From positions 38,106-102,105 of IMG/VR virus record IMGVR_UViG_2595698619_000001: a stretch of 64,000 bases of DNA; one strand, written 5' to 3'. Shown here one piece after another: positions 45,883 to 56,512 of the stretch. This DNA comes from a virus (taxonomy: Duplodnaviria; Caudoviricetes). Positions within the stretch are counted from its first letter, which is position 1. Every line of letters starts with the position of its first letter. The translations under genes were made by a program, and so were the position numbers. The notes beneath the pieces were generated by a model. It was given only the letters and a program-made list of their open reading frames with translations. It was not told where the DNA came from and searched no databases.

Positions 45883-47325
45883 ATGGTAGTCATCGGCACG
45901 CTGTCGTGGAACGTCAACGTCGAAGGCGCCGCAGAGGCGAAGGCGCAAGCGCAAGCCATGTCCACGGGCATGGACGACACCGCGGAGACCGCGACGGAAA
46001 GTGCCGAGAACCTCGACGAACTGGCAGCGTCGTACATGAGCCTGGAGCATCTGATGGGGGACACCTCCCAGCAGGCAGAAGAGCAAGAATCCTCCATCGC
46101 TCAAACGGCGCTCGCATACGTCGGCCTCGCTGAAGTGCTCGGCATGACGACCGAGGAAGAGGAGGAACAGGAGTCGCAGTCGTCCTTCCTCGCCTCGGGC
46201 CTGTTCTTCCTCGCCTCGATGGTCGGGCGCCTCATCCTCCAGTACACGGCACTCGGCGGTATCCTCGGAACGGCGACCAAGCTGTTCGGAGGTCTCGCTC
46301 GTGTCGTCAAATGGATTGCCGGGCTCCCGCTCGCGTCCTGGGCAGCGACTGCCGGTGGTGCTTTCAAGTCAGGGCTGCTCTGGGTGTTCCGCGGACTGGT
46401 CAGTATCGGGGGTACTCTGCTGTCGTGGGGGTCCTCGTTCGTCTCATGGCTCGCCGCGGGTAGCGCAGGCGCCCTGGCGTTCGCCGCCGCCATCGGTTTC
46501 GTTATCGGCATGATTGGCGTCTGGATTCTCGAGATTACAGGCGTCCTCGATTGGATTGGGAAGCTCGGTCAGTCGCTCAGCGTGCAGCTTCCCGGGTGGG
46601 CTCGTGACGGTCTGCTCGCCGTTATCGGTATCTTCGTCGGTGGCCTCGCAGTGCTCGGTGGACTCGTTATCGGGTTCATCGAGGGTGGGTTCTCCGGTGC
46701 GTGGAACCGCGCGGCACAAATCGTAGACATCTTCTTCGGGTCGTTCAAGCGCACCTTCAACCGACTCGTCGACTGGGGCTCGGGTATCGTCAGCGGGTTC
46801 ACTCAGTGGTTCATCGACTTCAAGAACGACGCCGTGAGCGAGATAGACTCGTTCGTCGGTGACGTACTCGGGAAGGTCGAGAACCTCGGTGAGGACATGA
46901 GCAGGCATATCACCGAAGGCCTGCGCGGTGTCTTCAACAGCGTGATTCCCTCGCGTCTCGAGGTTCCGGAAATCACCATCGGCGGGTTTACGATTGACGC
47001 AGGTCCCGCGGGTAGTTACCAACTGCCGTCCTACACGGTCGGTGGTCAAGGGTTCGACATGCCGCAGCTCGAGAAGGGCGGGATGGTCGAAGAGACGGGT
47101 CTCGCGCAAGTGCACGAGGGAGAGACGTACATCCCGAGGGACGTCCGACAGAACATGGGCGGCGACGGAGGAACCGGAGAGACGAAGAATGTGACGATTA
47201 ACGTCGGTGGTGTCGAGATGGGCGACCAATCCCTCGACCTGTCGCGCATGGGCACCACCGAACTGCGTAACCTCGCGGAGCAAATCGCTGAGGTGCTCGG
47301 GACGGAGGTGGACACCATCGTATGA
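45883..47325 (+). CDS. tape measure protein (short, 480 aa)
   Basis: Ala/Gly-rich amphipathic and hydrophobic helices, C-terminal GG.V..TG.A.VH.GE. Confidence 0.8.
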   Translation: MVVIGTLSWNVNVEGAAEAKAQAQAMSTGMDDTAETATESAENLDELAASYMSLEHLMGDTSQQAEEQESSIAQTALAYVGLAEVLGMTTEEEEEQESQSSFLASGLFFLASMVGRLILQYTALGGILGTATKLFGGLARVVKWIAGLPLASWAATAGGAFKSGLLWVFRGLVSIGGTLLSWGSSFVSWLAAGSAGALAFAAAIGFVIGMIGVWILEITGVLDWIGKLGQSLSVQLPGWARDGLLAVIGIFVGGLAVLGGLVIGFIEGGFSGAWNRAAQIVDIFFGSFKRTFNRLVDWGSGIVSGFTQWFIDFKNDAVSEIDSFVGDVLGKVENLGEDMSRHITEGLRGVFNSVIPSRLEVPEITIGGFTIDAGPAGSYQLPSYTVGGQGFDMPQLEKGGMVEETGLAQVHEGETYIPRDVRQNMGGDGGTGETKNVTINVGGVEMGDQSLDLSRMGTTELRNLAEQIAEVLGTEVDTIV

Positions 47326-47777
47326 CTTCAGGACTCGACGTATCACTGGTCAAATCGGACGGGTCGGAAACGTTCCAGCTCCGCACCGAGAAGGTGCAGA
47401 GCAAGGTCAGCAACGGCCTCATCACTCGTTCCATCCTGTCTGGGCTCGGAGACCTCGTCGCCGGGTCGGACCCAGTGCTCAACACCGAGACGTACAAACT
47501 TCAGAACGTCCTCATCAGGAACGTGGACGCGGCCGACTATCCCAACTCCTCGTCGTACAGCAACGACAACTACGGCATGGAGAACGAGCTGCGACGTGCA
47601 GCGAAGGAGTGGGGTCCGTCGGCGGCGCAGGGGTTCGACCAACTCCAGTGGGACGGGCGGAATATAGACGTGGTCATCACTGACTTCACGTCTGACCAGA
47701 AGCAGTCGGAGGACGGTGTACCTCGCACCTACACGGTGAACATGGAAGTCACTCACGTTGACGTGTACGTGGGGTGA
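47322..47777 (+). CDS. putative distal tail protein
   Basis: Position after the tape measure gene. Confidence 0.55.
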   Translation: MTSGLDVSLVKSDGSETFQLRTEKVQSKVSNGLITRSILSGLGDLVAGSDPVLNTETYKLQNVLIRNVDAADYPNSSSYSNDNYGMENELRRAAKEWGPSAAQGFDQLQWDGRNIDVVITDFTSDQKQSEDGVPRTYTVNMEVTHVDVYVG

Positions 47778-47783
47778 TTCTCC

Positions 47784-49214
47784 ATGGTCACCTACGATAT
47801 TACTGTTGGCGGGACGCAAGTCGAGAACCTGTTCGAGGTCAAGACAGGACGTAGTGAGACGAAGAAGGTTGCCACCGCGGAAATCGTCGCCTCGAACACC
47901 GCGACCAATCGCAACTTCGGTGCCGGTGAGGAGGTGATTATCAAGAAGAACGGGGCGACGGAGTTCAAAGGCGTCCTGATGGAAAAACCGACCGCGGGGA
48001 GGAACGACCCTCGTATCACCATCAAGGCCTGGTCGAAGAAGGCAGAACTGAAGTTCGAGCAGGTCAACCGCACGTTCTACAACAAGGACACGGGGCAGGT
48101 CATCCGTGACGCCATCAACGACGAGGCCTTCGCTCTCAACGAGGACGACATCCACCGAGGCAGTTCGACGGCGAACTGGTCGTCGGACATCCCTGTGTTC
48201 CAACTCGCAGACATCTCGTCGCAGTCACTTCAGGAGCGCGGGAGCAACCTCATCTTCTGCGGATGGCGTAAGGGGAATAGCGGAGATTACTACGCACAGT
48301 TCGACGTGGACACGAGCGACCTCGTGGGTGACGGGCAACTTCTCCAGTTCAAGACGCGCCTCCTCGTTGCTGACCAAGGCGGTCAGTTCACGCTCGACAT
48401 AGAACTGCGCGACGAGTTTGGGAATCAGTACGTCTGGGAAGACCTGACGACGCGCGGACAGGACTTCATCACTTACGAGCTTAACGCAGAGGACGCTTCC
48501 CCGGATGGTCAGGTGTCGTCCGACGCGACACTGGAATATCGGTTCGACATTAAGGGAGACCTGCCTGAGCCTCGTGCAGCAGCAATCGACTACGCAGCAG
48601 CGACGTTCTACGCGACTCAATCGAGAGGCGCGGACATCTCGCCCACTGACGTGCAGAACACGGGACACGACATTATCCGTAGGTTCGACGGGAATATCCT
48701 GCAACTCCTGACGAAGCTCGAGACGGAGGACGACTACATCTCCTGGGTGGATGACAGCGACGTTCTCCACTACGCGGCGGCAGGGGACAAAACGGCGACG
48801 AAAGAAATCGACTATGATACGACGCCGGTGAGCAAAGCGGAGTTCAATCGGGACTACTCTCGTATCAAGAACAAGGTCACTGTGCAGGGGTCGGAGAACA
48901 TCCAGGTCGTCCTACGTGACGACGCGAGTATCAAGTTCTACGGTGTGTCTGCTCGGCACGAACCCATCACCGACCCCGACCTCGAAACGCGAGACGATGC
49001 TATCAAGCGAGGCAAGGGGTTCCTGAAGAAGAACGCATGGAACGACACGGCGATGGTGTTCGAGGTTGCCGACTCCGACTACGCAGAGGTACAGGTCGGT
49101 GAGGCCATCCAGGTGACGTGGCCTCCCGAGAACATTAATAGTGAGTTTGTCGTAACTGACGTTGAAACAGATGAGTGGGGCTTCGTCACCCTCTCGGTGA
49201 GTGGAAATGTCTGA
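47784..49214 (+). CDS. baseplate hub/tail tip protein
   Basis: NKVTVQG...D.ASI..YG, A......L hub-like pattern. Confidence 0.65.
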   Translation: MVTYDITVGGTQVENLFEVKTGRSETKKVATAEIVASNTATNRNFGAGEEVIIKKNGATEFKGVLMEKPTAGRNDPRITIKAWSKKAELKFEQVNRTFYNKDTGQVIRDAINDEAFALNEDDIHRGSSTANWSSDIPVFQLADISSQSLQERGSNLIFCGWRKGNSGDYYAQFDVDTSDLVGDGQLLQFKTRLLVADQGGQFTLDIELRDEFGNQYVWEDLTTRGQDFITYELNAEDASPDGQVSSDATLEYRFDIKGDLPEPRAAAIDYAAATFYATQSRGADISPTDVQNTGHDIIRRFDGNILQLLTKLETEDDYISWVDDSDVLHYAAAGDKTATKEIDYDTTPVSKAEFNRDYSRIKNKVTVQGSENIQVVLRDDASIKFYGVSARHEPITDPDLETRDDAIKRGKGFLKKNAWNDTAMVFEVADSDYAEVQVGEAIQVTWPPENINSEFVVTDVETDEWGFVTLSVSGNV

Positions 49215-49989
49215 CCTGTCCGAAGAAAAGAAGCTAATCTGGCTCGGGCTCAAACGCCCGCAGGCAGACCTGTCTGAGATAAACGAGGAGATAGATAAAC
49301 TTCAACAGCAACTCGAGGACTACAACGAGTTTCAGACGGACCTCGACGGCGTTGCTGACTACACTGAACTGCAAACCTACTTGGAGAACAACGGGTACAC
49401 GACCGAGGAAGCGCAGACGTTCATCAACAAGATTCAGAACAACTTCGACGACTACGCGGCGTTCAAGGACTACGTGCAGAATCAATCCGACTCGTTCACC
49501 GAGCTCAAGAACGCCTTCAACACTAACACGACCATCGGGTCCGAACAGGAAACAGACGGTGGTCAACAGGTCGCTGGGGTCAAGTTCTTCGAGAACGACG
49601 GGTACACGAAGAGTGGTGTCTTCGCGCCTGCGGGTTCGACTGAAGTCTTCGGCAACGAGATTCACTTCAGTCAGACAGGAGCACCGACCGCGGACTCGGC
49701 AGACATCTCGTACTCGAACCTCACCATCTCTGACCAGACGCCTGTCCCGTTCCAGGACGTGGACATCTCCGCGGATATCACTAACAACGGAAATGCTCGG
49801 GGGTCGGTGTTCGCTCCCCTCATCGAGGACGGGTCGGTCGTTTCGAGGCAGAAGGTCGAGATTGCTGCTGGGGCGACCGAAACTGTAACCTTCACGAGGG
49901 AGTATGAAGATTACGAGAGTATCGAGGTCACCATCAAGAACCTCCCGACGCAGACAATCACCGTCGTCCCGCCCAACCTCATCCAATAA
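49207..49989 (+). CDS. tail protein with C-terminal CARDB/Ig-like domain
   Basis: ISADITNNG...G...I.AG.TETVTF. Confidence 0.6.
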   Translation: MSDLSEEKKLIWLGLKRPQADLSEINEEIDKLQQQLEDYNEFQTDLDGVADYTELQTYLENNGYTTEEAQTFINKIQNNFDDYAAFKDYVQNQSDSFTELKNAFNTNTTIGSEQETDGGQQVAGVKFFENDGYTKSGVFAPAGSTEVFGNEIHFSQTGAPTADSADISYSNLTISDQTPVPFQDVDISADITNNGNARGSVFAPLIEDGSVVSRQKVEIAAGATETVTFTREYEDYESIEVTIKNLPTQTITVVPPNLIQ

Positions 49990-50981
49990 TGACGGGCAAA
50001 ATTCAAGACCAAGTTGCGGAGAACAGGAATCAGACGAGACGTCTGGACGCGCAGTTCGTCAACGTCTCTACGCAGAACGACCGGAATCTTACGTTCACCA
50101 ACAACTACATCGAGGTGGAGGTGCAGGTCGAGATTTACACGCGCGACCTTAGCACATCTCTCATCTCGGGACACCCGAACGCGAAGCATGGGTCTGGGCG
50201 TGGTGAATCGGGAGACCTTCGTACTGACTGGACGCAGGAATCCGTTACCGTGTCCTCGGAGGTCCTCGTGCGTGGAGGACGTAACGCCATCAGAGACGCG
50301 CTTGACGGGCAGACAGGCGCGGTCAATCAGATAGGCGTAGGTACGGGCAGCGACGACGCGGCTTCGGGAGACACCGCGCTCACGTCGGAGACGACGAAGA
50401 ACTTCTGTTGGGGGCAGAAGGATACGTTCAACGTGACTCGTGCCCGTTCGTCGCCGTTCCTTTTCGCAGAGTACGGAGACACGGTTCAGGAGTTTGGCGT
50501 CTTCGACGAGGCAGCGAGGCTGCTCACGAGGTCTGTTCTCGATAGTTCACTCAACCCGACGAGTGAGAAGGAACTGCGCGTGGACGTGACTTTCACGTTC
50601 ACTGGTGACGGAATCGGCAACTCGGTCATCACCGACGACGGTGAGGAAGCTCTTGCAGACAGCATCGCTTCGGTCGGTACCGCGACGGGTCTGAAAGAGA
50701 TTAACTACGGGACTGGGACGACGACGCCCAGCACGTCTGACACAGCGCTCGCCGCCGAGGAGATAGCAAAGGACTGTCTTCGACAGCTCGACGCTGAGCA
50801 GATTACGACACAGGCGAAACTGTTTGATAGCGAACCTGCAACTCAGCCCGTAGACCTCACGGAAATCGGTGTTACTGACAACAACGGTCGTCTAGTCTGG
50901 CGCACGCTCATCAAGGCGTTCGAGAAGAATAGTCAGTTCGAGGTTAACACGACCATCGGGTTTATCATCCAGTCGAAGTAA
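49989..50981 (+). CDS. baseplate/tail fibre attachment protein with internal duplication
   Basis: Two copies of I..GTG......DTAL..E...E.GV.D....L. Confidence 0.6.
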   Translation: MTGKIQDQVAENRNQTRRLDAQFVNVSTQNDRNLTFTNNYIEVEVQVEIYTRDLSTSLISGHPNAKHGSGRGESGDLRTDWTQESVTVSSEVLVRGGRNAIRDALDGQTGAVNQIGVGTGSDDAASGDTALTSETTKNFCWGQKDTFNVTRARSSPFLFAEYGDTVQEFGVFDEAARLLTRSVLDSSLNPTSEKELRVDVTFTFTGDGIGNSVITDDGEEALADSIASVGTATGLKEINYGTGTTTPSTSDTALAAEEIAKDCLRQLDAEQITTQAKLFDSEPATQPVDLTEIGVTDNNGRLVWRTLIKAFEKNSQFEVNTTIGFIIQSK

Positions 50982-50994
50982 CTAAATAGCAAGC

Positions 50995-52491
50995 ATGCCT
51001 TCGGCAGAGAACTTCGAGTGGCCACAGGGGAATCCCCTTTTCGAGGTTCAGTGGCGGACGGTCACTGAGTCGCTCGCGGGGAACGGCATCGTAAACAACG
51101 GTGACTTCGAGGTGACGGCGACGGCGACTGATATGCAGATTCAGGTCGCGGCAGGAGACGCTTTTTACATCGGGACGACGTACACCCTCGGAGCCGCAGA
51201 GACGCATACGCTAAGCGATGGAGACGCGAACGATGACCGATGGGACACTGTGTACTTCGACACGAGCACAACGTCGTCAGGAGTCAGAGAAGGAACGCCT
51301 GCGGCGAACCCGGAACCTCCGGACATCCAAGGTGGTGAGCTCCTCCTCGCTGTCGTGTACGTGCCCGCAGGTGCGACGAACATCTCTGACCAGGAGATTC
51401 TCAACTGGCGCGCGAAGTTCTCGAACGAGGCAGAGGACGTTCAGTACGACGACGGGACCGGCGTGTACGGCGTGAACAACGTGGACGCCGCTCTGGACGA
51501 ACTCCAGGAGGCGGCGCAGATTACGGCCTACCCGCTCGCGCAGACGGACCTCGCTACGGGGAGCGTGGGGACGGAGCAAATTATCGACGGGGACGTAGCG
51601 AACGGGGACCTGGCTAACTCGACCATCACGGTGAACGCCGGGACGGGCCTCTCTACGACACAGGCGACCATCTCGCTCGGTGGAAGCGCCACCATCTCTA
51701 TCCCCGCAGATGGCGTCACGACGACGGAACTGGCTGACGCGGTGGACCTGGAGACGATGCGGAGTCGGGATAATAGCATCACCGGGACGCTCGCCGCGCT
51801 CCCGGAGGACGGTGGGGACTTCGGCGTCCTCGTAGATGTGAGCGTCACATCTACGCCCGCCGCTGGAACCGTCCAGCGGTACGACCTCGGCATCGACGCG
51901 ACTGACCTGCTCGGCATAGCGGCGGAGGCAGACGGTGCGGGCAGCATCCAAAACGCCCGCATCCCCCTGAACGCGGCGCTGGGCCTTCTCGCCCAGAGCG
52001 CGGTCCCTGGCTACTCCGGGCAGGGTGCGGCTTTCTACGATACGGACGACGAGACGCCGAAGTACGCGAATAGCGGTGGTACGTACCAGCGCCCCGAGTC
52101 ACGCCCGAACGTGGAAGAATATAACTGCGACGAGTCAGGTAGTGTGGCGAAAGGAAACAGCGGTGTGATGTACCTTACGCAGGTCCCGGACAGTAGTACC
52201 TTCCGAGTGGAGCAGGCGGGCCTCCTACTCGCAGACGGTCAGGCCGCACCCACCGACCTGGACCTCGTAATAGCCACCCTGGATAATGCAGGAGCGGCCT
52301 CGCTGAAATCCGTGGTCATCGACGGAGATGGCACGATACAGAACGACCTCACCGGGGACCCGCTAGCCTCATACATGAATAACAGCGGCGGCGAGGAAAC
52401 AGTCGGACTTCTCGTGGATAACGGGAACTTTAATACCGGGACGGGTAGTTCGCAAGATATCGTAGCCAGCGCCCACGGTGAGGTGGTCTAA
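50995..52491 (+). CDS. tail fibre protein
   Basis: D.RWD.V, GTPA..P.PP, NV..ALDEL; T/G/D-rich shaft. Confidence 0.7.
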   Translation: MPSAENFEWPQGNPLFEVQWRTVTESLAGNGIVNNGDFEVTATATDMQIQVAAGDAFYIGTTYTLGAAETHTLSDGDANDDRWDTVYFDTSTTSSGVREGTPAANPEPPDIQGGELLLAVVYVPAGATNISDQEILNWRAKFSNEAEDVQYDDGTGVYGVNNVDAALDELQEAAQITAYPLAQTDLATGSVGTEQIIDGDVANGDLANSTITVNAGTGLSTTQATISLGGSATISIPADGVTTTELADAVDLETMRSRDNSITGTLAALPEDGGDFGVLVDVSVTSTPAAGTVQRYDLGIDATDLLGIAAEADGAGSIQNARIPLNAALGLLAQSAVPGYSGQGAAFYDTDDETPKYANSGGTYQRPESRPNVEEYNCDESGSVAKGNSGVMYLTQVPDSSTFRVEQAGLLLADGQAAPTDLDLVIATLDNAGAASLKSVVIDGDGTIQNDLTGDPLASYMNNSGGEETVGLLVDNGNFNTGTGSSQDIVASAHGEVV

Positions 52492-52493
52492 GC

Positions 52494-53603
52494 GTGGCCC
52501 TGGACGACCTGGACGGGATAGCGAACGTGGAGTTCAACGTCGGCGGGACTGAAACGCTCACCTGGGACACGCAGGCCGAGTGGGACGCCGCCGCGACCAG
52601 GGAGAAGGTAGTCACTCGCGGCATCGGCGACCGAGTGGCTGACGAGATATGGCTGGGGTACGACCCGAACTACGGCCCCCTCACGGATGCTACTGACTAC
52701 TGGACGCTTGACGAGGATACTGGAGACTTTATTAACGTCATCGGCACGGAGGATATGGAACCAGATACCGGAGGAACGACCAGGGGGCAAAATGGCATCC
52801 TCGGGTCGAACGGGGCCGAGTTCGACGCTACTGGAAACGCCCATACGCAGTTCCCCGACACAGACTCGTACACCTGGGCTACGGGAGACTGGACATGGGC
52901 GCTATGGGCGTACACTCGGTCGTCGTCGCTCACTCGGCAGACTGTCTTAGGGTCTGCGGAAGATGACGTAAGCACGGGCCGAACCTCCTGTACGTGGGTT
53001 TCCTTTGCCGATGATGGGAATATTAAAGACTGGACCGGGGATAACTGGTACAACGTCACGTCGTACTCTACTAACACCTGGTATCTCATCGGGCAGTCTT
53101 ACGACTCTAGCACCGACACCATCACGAACTGGGTAGATGCTACTGACCATGCGACCCGTTCCTCTGGTAGCGACGACGTGGAGAACGGGAACGGTGTAAT
53201 CGCAGGGCTGTCCTGCGGTCGAAGTTTCAACGAACGGAACGTCGATGGGTTCATTTCTGACTGTATCCTATGGGACAGTCTACTTACTAGTTCGGAGTGG
53301 AACGCCCTGTACGGGGCAGCGAGTGATGGTTTCCTCCAGACGGCTACAAAATCCTTCAGTAGTTCCGAGGAACCTGACCTTCAAAACCTCGCGTACTCGC
53401 TAAACGGCGAATCTATCTCACTAGACGTAATCGGTAGTCCGGGAACGCAGGACGAGGAAATTCAGACCCAAACGCTCGATGGTAGTAGTTCATACGCCCT
53501 TACGTGGAACGCGGCCCACACGGACTTTCGTATCCAGGCCGACCTATCTACTACCGACCCCGAGGTAACGCCTGTGGTGGACGAGTTAGAACTGGTGAAC
53601 TAA
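52494..53603 (+). CDS. LamG/concanavalin-like tail protein
   Basis: YW.LDE..G, WT.ALW, NTWY....YD, G.I.D..LWD..LT. Confidence 0.7.
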   Translation: MALDDLDGIANVEFNVGGTETLTWDTQAEWDAAATREKVVTRGIGDRVADEIWLGYDPNYGPLTDATDYWTLDEDTGDFINVIGTEDMEPDTGGTTRGQNGILGSNGAEFDATGNAHTQFPDTDSYTWATGDWTWALWAYTRSSSLTRQTVLGSAEDDVSTGRTSCTWVSFADDGNIKDWTGDNWYNVTSYSTNTWYLIGQSYDSSTDTITNWVDATDHATRSSGSDDVENGNGVIAGLSCGRSFNERNVDGFISDCILWDSLLTSSEWNALYGAASDGFLQTATKSFSSSEEPDLQNLAYSLNGESISLDVIGSPGTQDEEIQTQTLDGSSSYALTWNAAHTDFRIQADLSTTDPEVTPVVDELELVN

Positions 53604-53604
53604 G

Positions 53605-54318
53605 ATGCCGGGCTCCGGGTTCGTCTTTGAAGAAGGTGAAGCCATCCGCGTGGGAAGCCACGGCCAGCACGATTTCGTGTACCACGAGAGAGCAGAGGTG
53701 ACGGACGCGGGACAGTCTAATTTCGTATTCGAGGCAGGGACCGGCCTCGGTGGCGGCGGGCTGGAGGACTTCGAGAACTTCGACGTGGCCCGGTACGCAG
53801 GTGATACGGGTAGTTTCACCGACCAGCAGAGTTTCGTGAAAGAAGGGCAGTTCGGTGGTGAACTGACGCACGGTGGACCCGGTGCTATCGTGGTCAGCCT
53901 GGATGGGACGACCGAGCGTGGCGTCTGGTACTCGGCCTGGCTCCGAACCGGAGACGGGCCTGGGTCTGCGGGTGTATTATGGATGGTTCAAAACGAGTCC
54001 AGTACCCCGAACGCATACCATCTAGGCCTGGAGTCTATCGACGACACGATGGAGTATAATGACTTCGGAGGGGGGAGTGGTATCAGCGAGGTGGTGACAA
54101 ACGTGACTATCGACCCCGAAACGTGGTACCGGGTGGAGTTTATCGCCCGCGAGAACGGCGAACTGTACTCAGAAATCGTAGACGGGCCTTCATCAGCAGT
54201 TGGAACGACCGTAACTACTACTGACAACACCTACCAGTCCGGTGGGTTCGGCTTCCGCACTGGCGGAAATGCCGGGACAGCGTACTTCGATGATTACCGC
54301 CGGAGGGATGCTCAATAA
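53605..54318 (+). CDS. putative lectin-like receptor-binding/tail protein
   Basis: TWYRVE, D.TY.SGGFG, YFDD beta-sandwich pattern. Confidence 0.55.
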   Translation: MPGSGFVFEEGEAIRVGSHGQHDFVYHERAEVTDAGQSNFVFEAGTGLGGGGLEDFENFDVARYAGDTGSFTDQQSFVKEGQFGGELTHGGPGAIVVSLDGTTERGVWYSAWLRTGDGPGSAGVLWMVQNESSTPNAYHLGLESIDDTMEYNDFGGGSGISEVVTNVTIDPETWYRVEFIARENGELYSEIVDGPSSAVGTTVTTTDNTYQSGGFGFRTGGNAGTAYFDDYRRRDAQ

Positions 54319-54339
54319 TAGTATCTCCAGTTATTCCTG

Positions 54340-54620
54340 GGCAGCATCGCGCTCGTGGGGTGGATTCATCATCATGGCTTCTGAACTGTCCGGTATGGTG
54401 AAGACGTGGCAGGTCGTCGCGGCGGGTCGTTTATCCTGGAACGGTCCGTATGACAGGATGCCGCATGGCGGGACCAACCCATACCGATGGCGGCGGAGCT
54501 CGATTTCTCAGCATTCTCTCGGCGAAGGTCAGGCTCAGGTATCCTCGTGATGCCATCCCCGACTGGACCATCAAGGATTGGTTTTAGTTCGCTCGACGAC
54601 GACCTGCGGTAGACCCACTC
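54340..54620. ncRNA. candidate structured non-coding RNA
   Basis: Several complementary segments of 5-11 bp; no ORF with the genome's usual composition. Confidence 0.3.
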
Positions 54621-54621
54621 C

Positions 54622-54774
54622 CTAACGGGCTTTTCTCAGAACAACTGAACCGACGAGGAATCCTGTGCGCCAATAGTGCTTCTCCTGCGTGTACTCGCTG
54701 GTACGCTCATCAACGTACCCGCAGTAGAGACCATCGACGAACGCATGCCACTCTCTGTACGTCAGTGACCCCAT
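54622..54774 (-). CDS. small hypothetical protein
   Basis: Start MGSLTYREWH. Confidence 0.5.
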   Translation of the reverse strand: MGSLTYREWHAFVDGLYCGYVDERTSEYTQEKHYWRTGFLVGSVVLRKAR

Positions 54775-54805
54775 GACGGGGAGACGCACCATCTCATCGG
54801 TTTCG

Positions 54806-55162
54806 CTAACCATCCTCGACGACAACACCATCCTCGTCAGTCAACTCCGTCTGTGCCTCAGAGAACTCGTCAGCGGCGTTCTGTATCGCCTCGACGTACT
54901 CTTCCGCGTGCCCGTCCGATTGACACTCAGGACACGAGTTGACTGGGCAGAAGTCACGGAGCGTCAGCTTCCCGCACGAACGACAGTGAGCGCACTGCGG
55001 ATGCTCGTCGAGGTCCTCCGGGTCCTTCGAGTGACGGAAGATGACCTGCACGCAGTCGGCACAGAAGTATCGTCGCATGCCGTCGCTCATGTGAACCCAA
55101 GTGGTAGCATCGTCGCCACAGTCCCAGCAGTTTGAGTCGAGGTCGTCTCGTTCGAGGTCCAT
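54806..55162 (-). CDS. Cys-rich zinc-finger protein
   Basis: Multiple CxxC motifs. Confidence 0.6.
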   Translation of the reverse strand: MDLERDDLDSNCWDCGDDATTWVHMSDGMRRYFCADCVQVIFRHSKDPEDLDEHPQCAHCRSCGKLTLRDFCPVNSCPECQSDGHAEEYVEAIQNAADEFSEAQTELTDEDGVVVEDG

Positions 55163-55272
55163 ACATCAACTCAACGCGGAGAACGGGAAAGGTGTCCCGT
55201 TCACTTACACCGTGCTCCTCAGATTTATGCGAGCGACTGACGAAGGTGCAGGTGGAGGACCAACAGGAAACG

Positions 55273-55434
55273 ATGGAATCACTCACTGACGAACCGATGG
55301 TCGACCTCGACGTGGACCCGGATACGGGAGAGTTCAGCATCCTCACGGGTGACGAGCTCCTGCGCGTTCGGTACAGTCGATGGTCGGACAACGACTACGA
55401 CGAACAGTTCTGGGACGAGAGGTGTCGAGCGTGA
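55273..55434 (+). CDS. microprotein ending EQFWDERCRA
   Basis: Acidic ORF; GTGA overlap with the RNase H gene. Confidence 0.55.
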   Translation: MESLTDEPMVDLDVDPDTGEFSILTGDELLRVRYSRWSDNDYDEQFWDERCRA

Positions 55435-55862
55435 GCCGCCTCGTCGTCAGCACGGACGCCTCAGTCCTCACGCACGGCGCGGTCGGTATCGGGTACGTTG
55501 TGGAGCGTGTCGGAGACGACGGAGAGCAGGTCGAGATGCTCGTCAAGGAGTGCGACGATGTTTCCCCCGAGCGTTTCGACGACCACCATGAGGCCGTACA
55601 CGAGGCGGAGTATCTCGCAGTCGTGCGTGGAGTCGAGGCGGCGATGGAACATCTCGACGACGATGAGCGTCTCGTCATGCGGTGCGATAATCGCCAGGTA
55701 GTCGGACAGGTTCGCGTCGGACGCGACTGGCCAGACGACTTGCAGGAGCGTCTCATCGACTGCCTGGAAAACGTCGAGTGGGAGATTCGAGACATCCCAC
55801 GCACGCTCAACTCCCTCGCTGACTCGCTCTCCAAGCAAGCATCTCGCGGAAAGGTTCGCTAA
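55431..55862 (+). CDS. ribonuclease HI-like protein
   Basis: TDAS, EAEY.AV..G, D...VV.Q, IPR..N..AD. Confidence 0.8.
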   Translation: MSRLVVSTDASVLTHGAVGIGYVVERVGDDGEQVEMLVKECDDVSPERFDDHHEAVHEAEYLAVVRGVEAAMEHLDDDERLVMRCDNRQVVGQVRVGRDWPDDLQERLIDCLENVEWEIRDIPRTLNSLADSLSKQASRGKVR

Positions 55863-56236
55863 TTTTCTTTGGCGTGCAGTTTTCGGTGACAGTTCGCGCA
55901 GAGGATAGTACACTTCTCGACTTCTTTCTTTACTCGGTCGAGTGCGATTGATGCTGCTCGGGAAACGTCGAACTCTTTCTCCTCGGGGTTGTTGTGGTGG
56001 AAAACGAGGCAGGCGGGATGGTCCTCGTCACAGCGAGAGCATCCGTTGTCCTGTTTGAATTCTCGGATGTACTCACCAGCAGTTGACTGTGGTGTTTGCC
56101 CGAGTCCTCGTTCTCGTCTCCATGCTCGGTCCTTCGCGTTTCGCCGCTCGTAGGTAGTCATCTCAATCCAATCCTCCTCGGTGATGAAACAGTGTCGTCT
56201 TACTTCGTCTGGACGAGGACTGACTCTGTTACCCAT
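55859..56236 (-). CDS. HNH endonuclease
   Basis: C..C...L.FHH...K...KC.ILCANCHRK.H. Confidence 0.8.
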   Translation of the reverse strand: MGNRVSPRPDEVRRHCFITEEDWIEMTTYERRNAKDRAWRRERGLGQTPQSTAGEYIREFKQDNGCSRCDEDHPACLVFHHNNPEEKEFDVSRAASIALDRVKKEVEKCTILCANCHRKLHAKEN

Positions 56237-56512
56237 GCAAGAGTCAACGTCCTCGAGAGATATAAACGTCCGATAAAGTCCGAGGTTTTATGGTACCGGG
56301 CGTTGTGAGTGTTGGGCGCTCCGGGGCAGGAAAAAGCCTATACCTATCCTTTTGATTTCTTTCTCCGGGGCATGGGACCTACCCGACCAGGAATCGCTTA
56401 GACGGCAAGTCTCTTGGTTTGAGAAAGTCCGGGTAGAATCGTTTAGTTTCACTCCGGTACATACCTTTACCACCTCGGGGGTCATGCGTTGATACGCGGA
56501 GGAAGAAGAGAA

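Noticed and set aside
54242-54550. 102-aa plus-strand ORF
   Set aside because: Non-acidic composition, overlaps the tail gene; a structured-RNA reading is at least as plausible
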